Shown here: positions 1-9,223 of the stretch, piece by piece | How the letters are laid out: every line of letters begins with the position of its first letter | Numbering within the stretch: position 1 is the first letter of the stretch | Assembly: GCF_000018465.1 (NCBI RefSeq) | Contig: NC_010085.1 | Coordinates: 1,290,001 to 1,322,000, forward strand | DNA length: 32,000 nt | Direction: 5' to 3' | Origin: Nitrosopumilus maritimus SCM1 | GTDB taxonomy: Archaea; Thermoproteota; Nitrososphaeria; Nitrososphaerales; Nitrosopumilaceae | Program-made: the position numbers and the translations under genes | Notes under the pieces: model-generated | The model's input: the letters and a program-made list of their open reading frames with translations, nothing else | What the model was told of the DNA's origin: nothing | Databases searched by the model: none

Positions 1-325
1 TTGCTTGTTTTAATCCAAATTTGGAACCATAAAGGACAGTTCCAAATGCTAGTGGAATGTGTTTTGCGTCAACTCCAGGTCCATTATCCTTTACAGTCAA
101 GATGTAGGGTTTTGGGTCTGGTTTGTCGGGCTCAACAGCCTTAATTGTTAAGTGTACATCAGGTAGTATTCCTTTTTGATCACAGGCATCAAGAGCATTT
201 TCAACAAATTCCCTGACAGCAGTGTATAGTGAACGGGTAGGATTACTGAACCCAGCCAAATCACGATTACTATAGAAAAACTCACTAGGAGAAATCTGAT
301 TAAATTTTTCTTTAATAGAAGACAT
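1..325 (-). CDS. top6B: DNA topoisomerase VI subunit B, N-terminal part (runs off the window)
   Basis: Manual reverse-strand translation from ATG at 325: MSSIKEKFNQISPSEFFYSNRDLAGFSNPTRSLYTAVREFVENALDACDQKGILPDVHLTIKAV...YILTVKDNGPGVDAKHIPLAFGTVLYGSKFGLKQ. GHKL ATPase motifs (ENALDAC, DNGPGV) are typical of Top6B. Not in the ORF track because it is open at the edge. Confidence 0.95.
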   Translation of the reverse strand, partial: MSSIKEKFNQISPSEFFYSNRDLAGFSNPTRSLYTAVREFVENALDACDQKGILPDVHLTIKAVEPDKPDPKPYILTVKDNGPGVDAKHIPLAFGTVLYGSKFGLKQA

Positions 326-884
326 CTTGATCTTCCCACAACTTCATTTTTTCTTGTTTTTCTTTTCTATTTGCAGCTTCTAATTTATCATAAACTGCAC
401 CATGCATACTTCCACTGGAAATAGAAGAGATTGCATCAACTGCTAATCGTAATTTACTTGCATCACCAATAATTGAAACTGTTTTTCCATAAACTGAGAT
501 ATGAGTACTGCTAAGATTTTCCATATTTCTTCTTGCTCTACCACCTTCTCCAATAATTCTCCCTTTTATCCTTTCAACATTTGCATTAGATTTTCCAGCA
601 AACTCTCGAAGATCTATAACATGCAATGTGTTCTCTCCCTTTAACAAGGTCATAGCGTTTTCAGGAGAAAAACCTCTACCAATTGCTGTAACAATTTCCA
701 TCGCTTTGAATGGTTGGATCTTTTCAACATCACCATCAGACTTTATGAGAACTTCTCCAGTCTCACCATCTATATCTAAAGACACATGACATGATTTTTC
801 AATTTTAGATTTAATGTTTCCAGATTTCCCAATGAGTACTGCTATCCTGTCATTTGGAATTCGTAGTAATTTCTCAAAACTCAT
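312..884 (-). CDS. KH-domain RNA-binding protein (archaeal Pno1/Krr1-like)
   Basis: Two KH-like segments (VLIGKSGNIKSKIEKSCHVSLDID; RIKGRIIGEGGRARRNMENLSSTHISVYG), located between RIO kinase and top6B as in many archaea. Confidence 0.9.
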   Translation of the reverse strand: MSFEKLLRIPNDRIAVLIGKSGNIKSKIEKSCHVSLDIDGETGEVLIKSDGDVEKIQPFKAMEIVTAIGRGFSPENAMTLLKGENTLHVIDLREFAGKSNANVERIKGRIIGEGGRARRNMENLSSTHISVYGKTVSIIGDASKLRLAVDAISSISSGSMHGAVYDKLEAANRKEKQEKMKLWEDQDVFY

Positions 885-1660
885 TTTACAATATCCTCAA
901 ATAATTTATCTGTGTCCTCAACAGAAACTCCTCGTTTTTTGAAGAACCTTGTAATGTTATTAATGTCTCTCTTAAGAAATTCTTGAGTATTTGGGTGTCT
1001 CAAATCAACTGCAGATCCCAAATCAAAAACCACCAATCCGTTTTGTGTCTTGAAGATATTATATTCTGAAAAATCTCCATGTACTAACTTTGCCTTTTGA
1101 TACATATCTAAAATAATTTGGATAGACTGTTTGTAGTCATCCTCATCTACTTGTGAATCAAGTAACGATTTTCCAGGAGCTCCATTTTCACCCACAAATT
1201 CCATTGCCAATACATTATTTGTCACATGAAGGGGTTTTGGAACAGGGATTCCAGCCTCAAAACACTGAGTTAAGTTTCGATATTCCTTTTTTGCCCAGAG
1301 ATACACAAGGTTTTTGGTTCCTTTTTTGACGTTTGAGAATCTAGGGTCACCAAGTATGTATGGTTCACGTTTTTTAAAATTCGAAGTACTAACAAGATAA
1401 ATTTTCAATGCAACATCTGAATCATTTTCATCAACTCCCCAAAACAAAACTGATTCTTTTCCAGCACTTACTGCACCATTGACATATGCAATGATATGAT
1501 CTGTGATCATTTTGTATAACGTCATGACAGTTGGCTTATCTAAGACTTCGTTTACTACTTTGCCTTTTTTAAAACCATCATCCAAAGTTTTTCGTTTAGC
1601 TTTTGAAATTAATTTTTTATCTATCTTCGATTCAAGTTTTTTGCTAAGAATATCAGTCAT
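881..1660 (-). CDS. rio1: RIO1-family serine/threonine protein kinase
   Basis: Kinase motifs ALKIYLVSTSNFKKREPYI, LVHGDFSEYNIF and VVFDLGSAVD; 4-bp overlap with the KH gene. Confidence 0.93.
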   Translation of the reverse strand: MTDILSKKLESKIDKKLISKAKRKTLDDGFKKGKVVNEVLDKPTVMTLYKMITDHIIAYVNGAVSAGKESVLFWGVDENDSDVALKIYLVSTSNFKKREPYILGDPRFSNVKKGTKNLVYLWAKKEYRNLTQCFEAGIPVPKPLHVTNNVLAMEFVGENGAPGKSLLDSQVDEDDYKQSIQIILDMYQKAKLVHGDFSEYNIFKTQNGLVVFDLGSAVDLRHPNTQEFLKRDINNITRFFKKRGVSVEDTDKLFEDIVK

Positions 1661-1716
1661 TACTCAATAACACCTCCACTAGATAAAATGAATTTCTTTT
1701 TTGTATGGAAATCATT

Positions 1717-2013
1717 TTACATTTTAAAAACTATGAGAAATGGAACTCCAGAAATTTTTTTAACAGCATTTTCAGAACCAATACCTAATCCAAGAGATAA
1801 AGAAATAGTTTCATCACCTACAAGATTAATTATTGCAGAATTTTTTAGTAGAGTTTCAGCTTCTTCTTTTTCGACAAATCTTTCTCCGTAATAGCTTTCA
1901 CTTATGTGCATGTTTAGTTCACCTTCAACAATTGTTTTACCCAATAGTTCTGCATCACATATGTTCAACATTGGGTTTTTTTGATAATCAGTTTGACGTA
2001 CTGCAAATGGCAT
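1717..2013 (-). CDS. DUF424-type archaeal protein
   Basis: Motif ICDAELLGKTIVEGELNMHISESYYGERFV plus conserved archaeal context next to aIF2-beta. Confidence 0.75.
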   Translation of the reverse strand: MPFAVRQTDYQKNPMLNICDAELLGKTIVEGELNMHISESYYGERFVEKEEAETLLKNSAIINLVGDETISLSLGLGIGSENAVKKISGVPFLIVFKM

Positions 2014-2435
2014 TATGCATATTTACCTTTTAGAGTTGATTTTGCACCACATGCTTCACAAATCAAAAATGATATGCGATTTTCTTTTAGTATCTTGGTA
2101 TCAGGACTTTTGCAAGTAGGGCATTCAAGATAATCTTTAACATAAATTTGAAATAATCTAGTAAAATCATCAGGATCACGCTTTCCAATAAACATGGCCT
2201 TATCACCAATTCTTTCAGCAGGAACTGCAAATTCTTTTGAAAGGTACTGTAATACTTTATCAGGATCTCTTCTAAGCACTTTTGGGAATTCAGAGAAATT
2301 ACGCAAGAAAGTCTTCTGTCCTTCCCACATCACATCAACAACAGGAAGTTCAAACCTAGCAGTAGAGGTCTTTTCAGTATCACCTAGTTTATCCTGTATC
2401 CTTTTGAGTAGATTCTCATATTCTGCTTTGGTCAC
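2013..2435 (-). CDS. eif2b: Translation initiation factor aIF-2 beta subunit
   Basis: RTSTARFELPVVDVMWEGQKTFLRNF...KVLQYLSKEF, and C-terminal zinc ribbon YLECPTCKSPDTKI...FLICEACGAKSTLKG. Confidence 0.93.
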   Translation of the reverse strand: MTKAEYENLLKRIQDKLGDTEKTSTARFELPVVDVMWEGQKTFLRNFSEFPKVLRRDPDKVLQYLSKEFAVPAERIGDKAMFIGKRDPDDFTRLFQIYVKDYLECPTCKSPDTKILKENRISFLICEACGAKSTLKGKYA

Positions 2436-2506
2436 TAAAAAATAGTCAAGACTAGACCCTATATGGGTTTTGAAAAAGAAGAAGTCGTGTGGATTTTGTT
2501 TCTAAA

Positions 2507-2653
2507 TTATTCCATTTTTCCGATACGGAAAACGTTAGTTCCACATTCAGGACATGTACCTTTTACGGCAGGACGTCCGTTCTTTAGTTTAGTTTCTTTG
2601 GGATCTTTAATGTCCCTTTTTTCGCGGCATTTTACGCAATATGCTGTAACCAT
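2507..2653 (-). CDS. Small zinc-ribbon protein (DUF5679-like)
   Basis: Manual translation MVTAYCVKCREKRDIKDPKETKLKNGRPAVKGTCPECGTNVFRIGKME*, 48 aa. Two CxxC pairs. Below the ORF-track cutoff; the plus-strand ORF 2463..2684 is its antisense. Confidence 0.85.
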   Translation of the reverse strand: MVTAYCVKCREKRDIKDPKETKLKNGRPAVKGTCPECGTNVFRIGKME

Positions 2654-2903
2654 TCTAAAAATTGTCAAACACGCTGGTATTTAGGAAGAGCCTGTGAAAA
2701 TTATTTAACTACAGGCTAGATGCAGGTAAATTTTTTTGTGCCTCAAAAAAAGCCTGAATTCAAAAATTTTAACGAATGTTAGCAAATTTTAGAAAATTAT
2801 GGTCAAGATTATGCAAAAAACTAATTTTTCTAATATTTGTTTAATAATGGAAAATTTCTTCAAAGATTATCAATTATAAACCAGCAGACATTATAGAAGA
2901 AAA

Positions 2904-3401
2904 ATGGCATCAAAAAAAGGAATTGCAATTACAATAATTATTTTGGGCGCAATAACTGGAGCCAGTTTTTTGGTATGGACAGTACCACAACAAAATGAAA
3001 CAACATTCATCATTACAGATTATGAAAACTATCTAGATGGTGCAAAAAGTATCCATGAAGTTTTACAAAAATCGACTGATATAGAATATCAAAAACTATT
3101 GGATGGCGAGATAACACCAGACCAATACATCACATCAGCTGATGTTACATCAAGTCAAGTAACATCACAAATCAGCGAGTTTGTAACATCAAAACCACCT
3201 GAGGAATGGCAAAATAGTTACATTAGTTTCATGGATGGAATGAAGAAATTCAATTCATACATTGGAGAGACCAAAGTGTTAGCAAATCTAATACAAAATG
3301 AAAGTTCACAAGAAGAGTTCACAGAGGCAATGGAGAAAATTGAATCACTAAAAGCAGAATCAATGGAGTTAGTCAAAATTTCTGATGACTCCAGACCTTA
3401 G
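2904..3401 (+). CDS. Membrane-anchored or secreted hypothetical protein
   Basis: 165 aa, N-terminal TM (AITIIILGAITGASFLVWTV) followed by a soluble helical domain. No family recognised. Confidence 0.75.
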   Translation: MASKKGIAITIIILGAITGASFLVWTVPQQNETTFIITDYENYLDGAKSIHEVLQKSTDIEYQKLLDGEITPDQYITSADVTSSQVTSQISEFVTSKPPEEWQNSYISFMDGMKKFNSYIGETKVLANLIQNESSQEEFTEAMEKIESLKAESMELVKISDDSRP

Positions 3402-3471
3402 CCTCAAAACCGAATTTTAATAATCATAATGGTTGGAAATCGTTAAAAGGCAATTTCACAAAACAAGATGA

Positions 3472-4617
3472 ATGTCTCAACGCTCAGACAAGGTTGAAAA
3501 AGATGTCAACGCATCTACTGCCAACAAATTACTCGTAATTTGTGTAGATAGAGACAATGATGTAGGTGAAAAGGCAGGCATCGTAACGCCAGTAATTGGG
3601 AGAGATGCATGCATTGAGGCAGCACAGAGATTAGCATTAGAAGATCCTGAAGATGCAGATTCTAATTCAATATTTTCTGCAATCAAAACGTATGAAGACT
3701 TGGTAAGTAAGGGATATCAGGTTGAAGTTGTTACAGTTGCAGGTGTAAAAGATAGAGGCGTTCAAGCTGATGAGAAAATTCTTAGTGAAACAAGAAAGGT
3801 TTTAGATAAATTTTCTGCAAATGGCGCAGTTATAGTTTCAGATGGTGAAGATGATGAAAGTGTTATTCCAGTAATTCAAAATGTTCTACCAGTAGTTTCA
3901 GTGCAACGTGTTGTAATGAAAGTAAGCAGAAGTGTAGAGTATTCCTATGCAGTATTTGGAAAATATCTTAAAATGATTGCATATGATTCAAGATATTCAA
4001 AATTTTTCTTGGGAGTTCCAGGAATCCTTTTGTTAATTGGTGGTGTTGCATCCGTATTTGGAATTACTACTGAAATTTTTGCAGTACTTGTTAGTATTTT
4101 AGGTGGTGCATTTTTGATTAGAGCATTTGATATTGACAGAGTATGGTCAAGCTGGTCAAAACCGACGCCGATGGGTTTTATCAGAATGTTTACAATGGTT
4201 GCAGGAATATTGTTGATACTTTCATCAGTACCAGCTGGTGTTGCATCAATTGATCCAGAATTAGCTGAGGCAGATACTACATTTGTTGCAAAGATAACTG
4301 ATCAAGTAATTATCGGTCAGTTTGTTGCAGGAGTATTACCAATATTGTGGACAGGACTTGGTGCAATCTTTGCAGGAACTTTACTTAGTAACTGGATTGG
4401 AGGAGTACCAAGACAAATCAGCGACATATTGAGAATAATTGTGCTCATAGCTTTGTATCCAACAATCTACCAGTTTACAAACATCATGATTTCTGATGTG
4501 AGTTCATTTACATTGATTCCTCCACTTTTAGGGGGACTGGCAGCAACCTTGGTTTCAGCCACAATTCTCTTCAAAAAATACAGAAAACACAAAGACCAAG
4601 AGATGGTTTCTGATTAA
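3472..4617 (+). CDS. DUF373-family archaeal membrane protein
   Basis: 381 aa. N-terminal LLVICVDRDNDVGEKAGIVTPVIGR...GAVIVSDGEDDESVIPVIQ, C-terminal multi-TM region. Confidence 0.88.
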   Translation: MSQRSDKVEKDVNASTANKLLVICVDRDNDVGEKAGIVTPVIGRDACIEAAQRLALEDPEDADSNSIFSAIKTYEDLVSKGYQVEVVTVAGVKDRGVQADEKILSETRKVLDKFSANGAVIVSDGEDDESVIPVIQNVLPVVSVQRVVMKVSRSVEYSYAVFGKYLKMIAYDSRYSKFFLGVPGILLLIGGVASVFGITTEIFAVLVSILGGAFLIRAFDIDRVWSSWSKPTPMGFIRMFTMVAGILLILSSVPAGVASIDPELAEADTTFVAKITDQVIIGQFVAGVLPILWTGLGAIFAGTLLSNWIGGVPRQISDILRIIVLIALYPTIYQFTNIMISDVSSFTLIPPLLGGLAATLVSATILFKKYRKHKDQEMVSD

Positions 4618-4696
4618 TTCAGACCATTTCTAGGCTGAATTTTGCAAAAACACTGATATCTTTAGTTGCAGACTAACCATCAAAAGGTGAATCAGT

Positions 4697-5488
4697 ATTA
4701 GTAAAATCAAAGATGTACTCCTCCAATTATCGGGTCTTTACAAAATTTATGGAAAAAGACTAGAAAGTGAGATTCAAACTGGAGACATTCCAAATCATGT
4801 TGCATTAATTTTAGATGGAAATCGTAGATGGGCCAAAAGACATCTGTCACTTCCAAAGGCAGGACACTGGAAGGGAGCTGATGCAGTAGAGAACCTTCTT
4901 GATTGGTGTGAAGAGTTTAACATCAAAATTGTAACGCTGTATGCATTATCAGCTGAAAACTTGGATAGAAATGATGAAGAACTTGATCATCTCTACGAGT
5001 TAATTCGCATGAGGTTAGAAAAGCTGTACAACGATCCACGAATTCATCGATCAAAGATGAGAGTAAAGGGTATTGGAAGAATAGAGTTGCTGCCTGATTC
5101 CATCAAAGAGATTTTACAAAAGTTAGATGATGCTACTAAAGACTATGACAATCATTTCCTAAACATTGCACTAGCATATGGTGGACAGTATGAACTAGTT
5201 GATGCTGTCAAAAAGATAGGTGAAAAAATCAAAGACGGTCAGTTAGATGTTGAAAAGATTACAAAAAAAGAGATTGAATCAAACTTGTATACATCACACT
5301 TGCCACAGTCATCACCAGACATGATTTTGAGAACATCAGGTGAAAAAAGACTCAGTGGGTTTTTGATGTGGCAAAGCGCATACAGTGAATTAGTTTTTAT
5401 GGATATCTTTTGGCCAGAGTTTAGGAAAATAGATTTGATGCGAGCCATTAGAACATTTCAAGAAAGAAAAAGAAGATTAGGAAAATGA
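4697..5488 (+). CDS. uppS: Isoprenyl/undecaprenyl diphosphate synthase (cis-prenyltransferase)
   Basis: Manual frame translation ...SEIQTGDIPNHVALILDGNRRWAKRHLSLPKAGHWKGADAVENLLDWCEEFNIKIVTLYALSAENLDR..., continuing into the tracked ORF (PDMILRTSGEKRLSGFLMWQSAYSELVFMDIFWPEF). The start codon is unusual (probable ATT at 4697); see findings. Confidence 0.93.
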   Translation: MSKIKDVLLQLSGLYKIYGKRLESEIQTGDIPNHVALILDGNRRWAKRHLSLPKAGHWKGADAVENLLDWCEEFNIKIVTLYALSAENLDRNDEELDHLYELIRMRLEKLYNDPRIHRSKMRVKGIGRIELLPDSIKEILQKLDDATKDYDNHFLNIALAYGGQYELVDAVKKIGEKIKDGQLDVEKITKKEIESNLYTSHLPQSSPDMILRTSGEKRLSGFLMWQSAYSELVFMDIFWPEFRKIDLMRAIRTFQERKRRLGK

Positions 5489-5904
5489 TTGAAGAGACAT
5501 CAGCAGGAATAGTATTGTTTAGAAAAGAGGACTCTAAGAATTTGTTTTTACTTTTACATTATCCATCAGGTCATTGGGATTTTGTAAAAGGTAAGATGGA
5601 AAAAGGTGAATCAACACATGAAACTGCAGTAAGAGAAACAAAAGAAGAGACAGGGATAACTGATGTGAATTTTGTAGAAGGGTTTGAAGAGTGGATAGAA
5701 TACAATTTTCAATATCAAAAGGAGCTTGTTCACAAAAAAGTTGTCTTCTTTTTGGCGGAAACTACAACTAAAGAAGTAAACATTTCACATGAGCATCTTG
5801 ATTACACATGGATGGATTACAATACTGCAATGGAAAAGACTACGTTTGATAATGCAAAGACAGTTCTAACTAAAGCTCAGATGCTACTTTCCAAGACTGT
5901 CTAG
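5485..5904 (+). CDS. NUDIX hydrolase
   Basis: Nudix box GKMEKGESTHETAVRETKEETGI; overlaps the uppS stop by 4 bp. Confidence 0.93.
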   Translation: MIEETSAGIVLFRKEDSKNLFLLLHYPSGHWDFVKGKMEKGESTHETAVRETKEETGITDVNFVEGFEEWIEYNFQYQKELVHKKVVFFLAETTTKEVNISHEHLDYTWMDYNTAMEKTTFDNAKTVLTKAQMLLSKTV

Positions 5905-6630
5905 CTGCAAATCTTTTGCAATATCAGTTGGTTTTTTTGCATTTAGAATTGTTCTTCCAACAATTAGATAATTTGTTCCAGCAGAGATAACTTCACTTGC
6001 ATTACCACCTTGTGTTCCAACACCTGGAGAAAAGATACTGAGTTTTCGTCCAGCCTTTTTTGAGCAGTACTGGATAATTTTTGGAAAAGTTGCACCAACT
6101 ACAATTCCATCAACTTTTGCTTCCAGTGCCCAATCTAAGAATAGTTGATAGAGTTGCTGCTTTTTTCGCATCTTTACTTCCATGTCGTATGATAATTTAG
6201 CCTCAGGGGCGCTCATATGACACAAGGTGATGACTCCTTTGCCATTTTTGTGGGCAGATTTTACCAGATTTTTCAGACTATCTAGTCCCATGATAGGATT
6301 TGCAATGACTGCATCAAAACCCATCTTCCACAAATTTTCTGTAGTAACACGATTTGTGTTGCCAATATCATTTAGTTTAATGTCGGCAATTGTTTGAAGA
6401 CCATACCTATGAGCTGTTTTGTTTATGTTGAGGACTTGTTTGCTACTTAGTGGAAGTAACAAATGAAAATTTAGTTTTACTGCACAAAGATACGGATGTA
6501 ATTTTTTGATATTAGAGATTGTTTTTGTTTCTAAATTTTTTACAGATGGATCATAGTCATTAGCAAGAATTACTTTGCCATTTGTTTTTGCGATCTGAGA
6601 AAGTCTAGTTTTGAAGGTGAGCATAATCAA
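5884..6630 (-). CDS. pyrF: Orotidine 5'-phosphate decarboxylase
   Basis: Motifs VKLNFHLLLP, TIADIKLNDIGNTN, DGIVVGAT, FSPGVGTQGG, YLIVGRTI. The true start may be an internal Met (MLTFKTRL). Confidence 0.88.
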   Translation of the reverse strand: MIMLTFKTRLSQIAKTNGKVILANDYDPSVKNLETKTISNIKKLHPYLCAVKLNFHLLLPLSSKQVLNINKTAHRYGLQTIADIKLNDIGNTNRVTTENLWKMGFDAVIANPIMGLDSLKNLVKSAHKNGKGVITLCHMSAPEAKLSYDMEVKMRKKQQLYQLFLDWALEAKVDGIVVGATFPKIIQYCSKKAGRKLSIFSPGVGTQGGNASEVISAGTNYLIVGRTILNAKKPTDIAKDLQLDSLGK

Positions 6631-7288
6631 CTAATGGATGAGTGTCTTTTAATTTTATTATTTTGATGTATGAATAACCGTGTTCAGATGGATTATCAAC
6701 AAAGACTGGTTCAATTACATTGCTAGTTGAGAACTTTAGGAATGGTTTTTCGGGATCTTTGTCTAGTAATACATGACAAAAGTATGATGTTCCTTCTTCA
6801 TTAAAATTCATGAAGACCCCAAGAAGCCATTTATCATTATGAGGGAACAGAAATAACGGGAATGGTATTTCTTCAAATCCCCATGTAAGTTTTGCAAGAC
6901 TAGACATGTCTTCTAGTTCAATTGGTTGATATCGGTCTAGAGTGCCATTTCCAGGTTTCAGTGTTTTTGGAAGTGATTTTATTCGAACAATTGGAGAGTA
7001 TAATTTACTAGAATCAGAAGTAGAATCTACAATTTCAGATTCTTCTTTGCCTCCTGTTAATCCATAACGAAGATAATGGCCGTTATGATCCAGAGGTGTA
7101 AAGTATACGATTGGTTTTTCTTTTAGAACATCCATTTGGACTGAAAGAATTTTTCTGCCGTCATGATCATGCAAAAATGATACACGTGGTGCACGCTCTA
7201 GTGCACAAACGAGCCTAGTGAATTCTAAAGTGGAATTAACTTGTATGTATCGAGGTTGTTTGTCAACAGGAGAAGAAGGTTGTTCCAC
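6605..7288 (-). CDS. Hypothetical protein
   Basis: 227 aa intact ORF with a 26-bp overlap into pyrF; no recognised domain. Confidence 0.7.
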   Translation of the reverse strand: MEQPSSPVDKQPRYIQVNSTLEFTRLVCALERAPRVSFLHDHDGRKILSVQMDVLKEKPIVYFTPLDHNGHYLRYGLTGGKEESEIVDSTSDSSKLYSPIVRIKSLPKTLKPGNGTLDRYQPIELEDMSSLAKLTWGFEEIPFPLFLFPHNDKWLLGVFMNFNEEGTSYFCHVLLDKDPEKPFLKFSTSNVIEPVFVDNPSEHGYSYIKIIKLKDTHPLVDYAHLQN

Positions 7289-7337
7289 GAAAGTTAACGA
7301 TCGATTAACAAATTAAACTTATCCAAAAAGTTGGAGC

Positions 7338-8339
7338 CTAGTTTCTTCTGTCAATGACATCATTGACAGTTGGTCCTGTTCCAATAATTGTAACAGGCGT
7401 GTTTAATTCATCTTCAATATTTTTTATGAATGCTTTTGCATCATCAAACAATTCATCATACGAAGTTTTTCCCGCACAGTCTGTAAACAACACATCTAGT
7501 TTTGTAATTGAGATTTGTGTTGCACCATTAAGCATGATTGCACGCCTAGCTAAATCAAAATCAAAATCAGCTGCACGACGTTGACGTCCTGTAACAGTTC
7601 CAAACTCAGACCAGCCTTTCTTTTCTGCTTCTTCAAGTGAGAGTTCTTTGTCAAGTGGGCCCGTGCCTACACGCGTAACATAAGACTTGAAGACAACAAT
7701 CACTTCATCTACTTTGGTTGGACCTAATCCAATATCAGCACAAATTCCTGAAGCTGTAACATCCTTTGAGGTTACAAATGGATATGTACCATGCCACAAA
7801 GATAGGAATGTGCCTTGAGTTCCTTCAATTAGGACATTTTCGTTTTTGTCTATAGCAGAATTAATCTCGGCTGGAACATCTGTAATTATTGAGGATAGTG
7901 AATCAAAGTCTTTTGCCAAGTTCAAAACCCTCATTGCCCTATCAGCATTTGCAGGTCCTGTTCCTGAGCCGGTACTACCAATCTTCTCTTTGAGTTCACC
8001 TTTGGAATCTCGAGCAAGATGAGTCTCTTCAATAACTCCACAATGTTTGTCAATAAATGCACGTCCTGAGACACCAAAATCATCAATCTCTTTTTGCAGT
8101 ACTTCAGGATTAATCACAACACCTGGGCCAATCATGACTTTGGCATCTTTGTTTAGAAAACCGCTTGGAAGCATACGAACTTTGTAAACTTTATCGCCAT
8201 CTTTGATTGTGTGACCGGCATTTGGTCCTGCACCGCCACGAACTATAACTTTGGGATTATCTTTTATTGCCAAATAGGAGATGATCTTTCCTTTTCCTTC
8301 ATCTCCAAAAAATCCACCAACTACAACAGTAGATGTCAT
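7338..8339 (-). CDS. purA: Adenylosuccinate synthetase (short archaeal form)
   Basis: MTSTVVVGGFFGDEGKGKIISYLA, GGPNAGHTI, LIEGTQGTFLSLWHGTYPFVTSKDVTAS, TGRQRRAADFD. Confidence 0.95.
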   Translation of the reverse strand: MTSTVVVGGFFGDEGKGKIISYLAIKDNPKVIVRGGAGPNAGHTIKDGDKVYKVRMLPSGFLNKDAKVMIGPGVVINPEVLQKEIDDFGVSGRAFIDKHCGVIEETHLARDSKGELKEKIGSTGSGTGPANADRAMRVLNLAKDFDSLSSIITDVPAEINSAIDKNENVLIEGTQGTFLSLWHGTYPFVTSKDVTASGICADIGLGPTKVDEVIVVFKSYVTRVGTGPLDKELSLEEAEKKGWSEFGTVTGRQRRAADFDFDLARRAIMLNGATQISITKLDVLFTDCAGKTSYDELFDDAKAFIKNIEDELNTPVTIIGTGPTVNDVIDRRN

Positions 8340-8419
8340 GATGTTGAGCTTGACTTTGGTTTATTTAAGCTAAAGTGGTGTGACATCATTTTATAACCAA
8401 GATTGGATTTTCTAGATCG

Positions 8420-8881
8420 ATGGTTGGAGAGAATTTTGCAGGAAACATCATTGTCAATCTAGCAAATCTCCCAGACTTTTTGAGAAATCCAATTCTAAAA
8501 AAACGGATGATGGAATTTTTTTCATTGGCAAAACCAGATCAGGATGAAGTGATCAACAATGCACTAGAGGCAGGACCAACAATTCCATTCCCAAATTTTG
8601 CAAAACTCTTCAAGACATGGCTAAAAATTTTGACTACACTTTCTGAAGAGCAAAGAGAGGGACTGTTTTCAGCATACATTACAGAAGTTGCACAAAATCC
8701 GCAAAAACTAATCACATTCAATCTAGATGGAATATTGGAAATTTATCTCACACTAGAAGAAAATGAAAAAGAAATACTGGCAAGTACAGTAAAAAGAATA
8801 ATCAATAATCTTGATGAGGATAAAAAGAGAAGAATAATGTTAGTTATTCCTGAAAATGCGAAAAAACACTTGAAGTTTTAA
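8420..8881 (+). CDS. Hypothetical helical protein
   Basis: 153 aa intact ORF, divergent from purA; no domain recognised. Confidence 0.65.
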   Translation: MVGENFAGNIIVNLANLPDFLRNPILKKRMMEFFSLAKPDQDEVINNALEAGPTIPFPNFAKLFKTWLKILTTLSEEQREGLFSAYITEVAQNPQKLITFNLDGILEIYLTLEENEKEILASTVKRIINNLDEDKKRRIMLVIPENAKKHLKF

Positions 8882-9162
8882 GCGCCAGGTTGAGGCTCAT
8901 CAGGTTTTCTGTTATCTTCATTGGTATAATCAATAACTTCTCCTTCAGGAGACAATACACCTACAAAGATTTTCTCGTGTTTTTTTAGTAATTTTCTGTG
9001 ATCAGCCATTGACATATCAAGTTTCAATTCATTCATTACCATTATCTGATACTCTTTCCATTCAGCCCAACACTTGTTACATGTGGGATATTTCTCATTG
9101 ACTGGACCTAATTGTTCAGTATCAGGAATTTCATTCTTGCATTTTGTACAAGTACGAGTCAT
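8878..9162 (-). CDS. Zinc-ribbon plus YggX-like (Fe(2+)-trafficking family) protein
   Basis: N-terminal CTKCKNEIPDTEQ...YPTCNKC, then WAEWKEYQIMVMNELKLDMSMADHRKLLKKHEKIFVG, resembling bacterial YggX (AWxxWxxxQTMLINExKLNxMxxxxRKxLExE). Confidence 0.75.
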   Translation of the reverse strand: MTRTCTKCKNEIPDTEQLGPVNEKYPTCNKCWAEWKEYQIMVMNELKLDMSMADHRKLLKKHEKIFVGVLSPEGEVIDYTNEDNRKPDEPQPGA

Positions 9163-9223
9163 GAAAGATTGCTATTTGAAACTCCTTTTATCTTTTATTG
9201 AGTCAAATAAAAAAGAAAAGAGG

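Noticed and set aside
148-339. 63-aa minus-strand ORF MGRSRCLLLKKN...
   Set aside because: Out of frame with top6B, which fully explains this region.
1688-2033. Plus-strand ORFs 1688..1891 and 1833..2033
   Set aside because: Antisense to the DUF424 gene; composition typical of non-coding reverse frames.
2463-2684. Plus-strand 73-aa ORF MGFEKEEVVWILF...
   Set aside because: Antisense to the small minus-strand zinc-ribbon gene at 2507..2653.
4961-5488. 175-aa ORF as the uppS start (TTG)
   Set aside because: The frame is open upstream and encodes the conserved N-terminal catalytic motif, so this start would truncate the enzyme.
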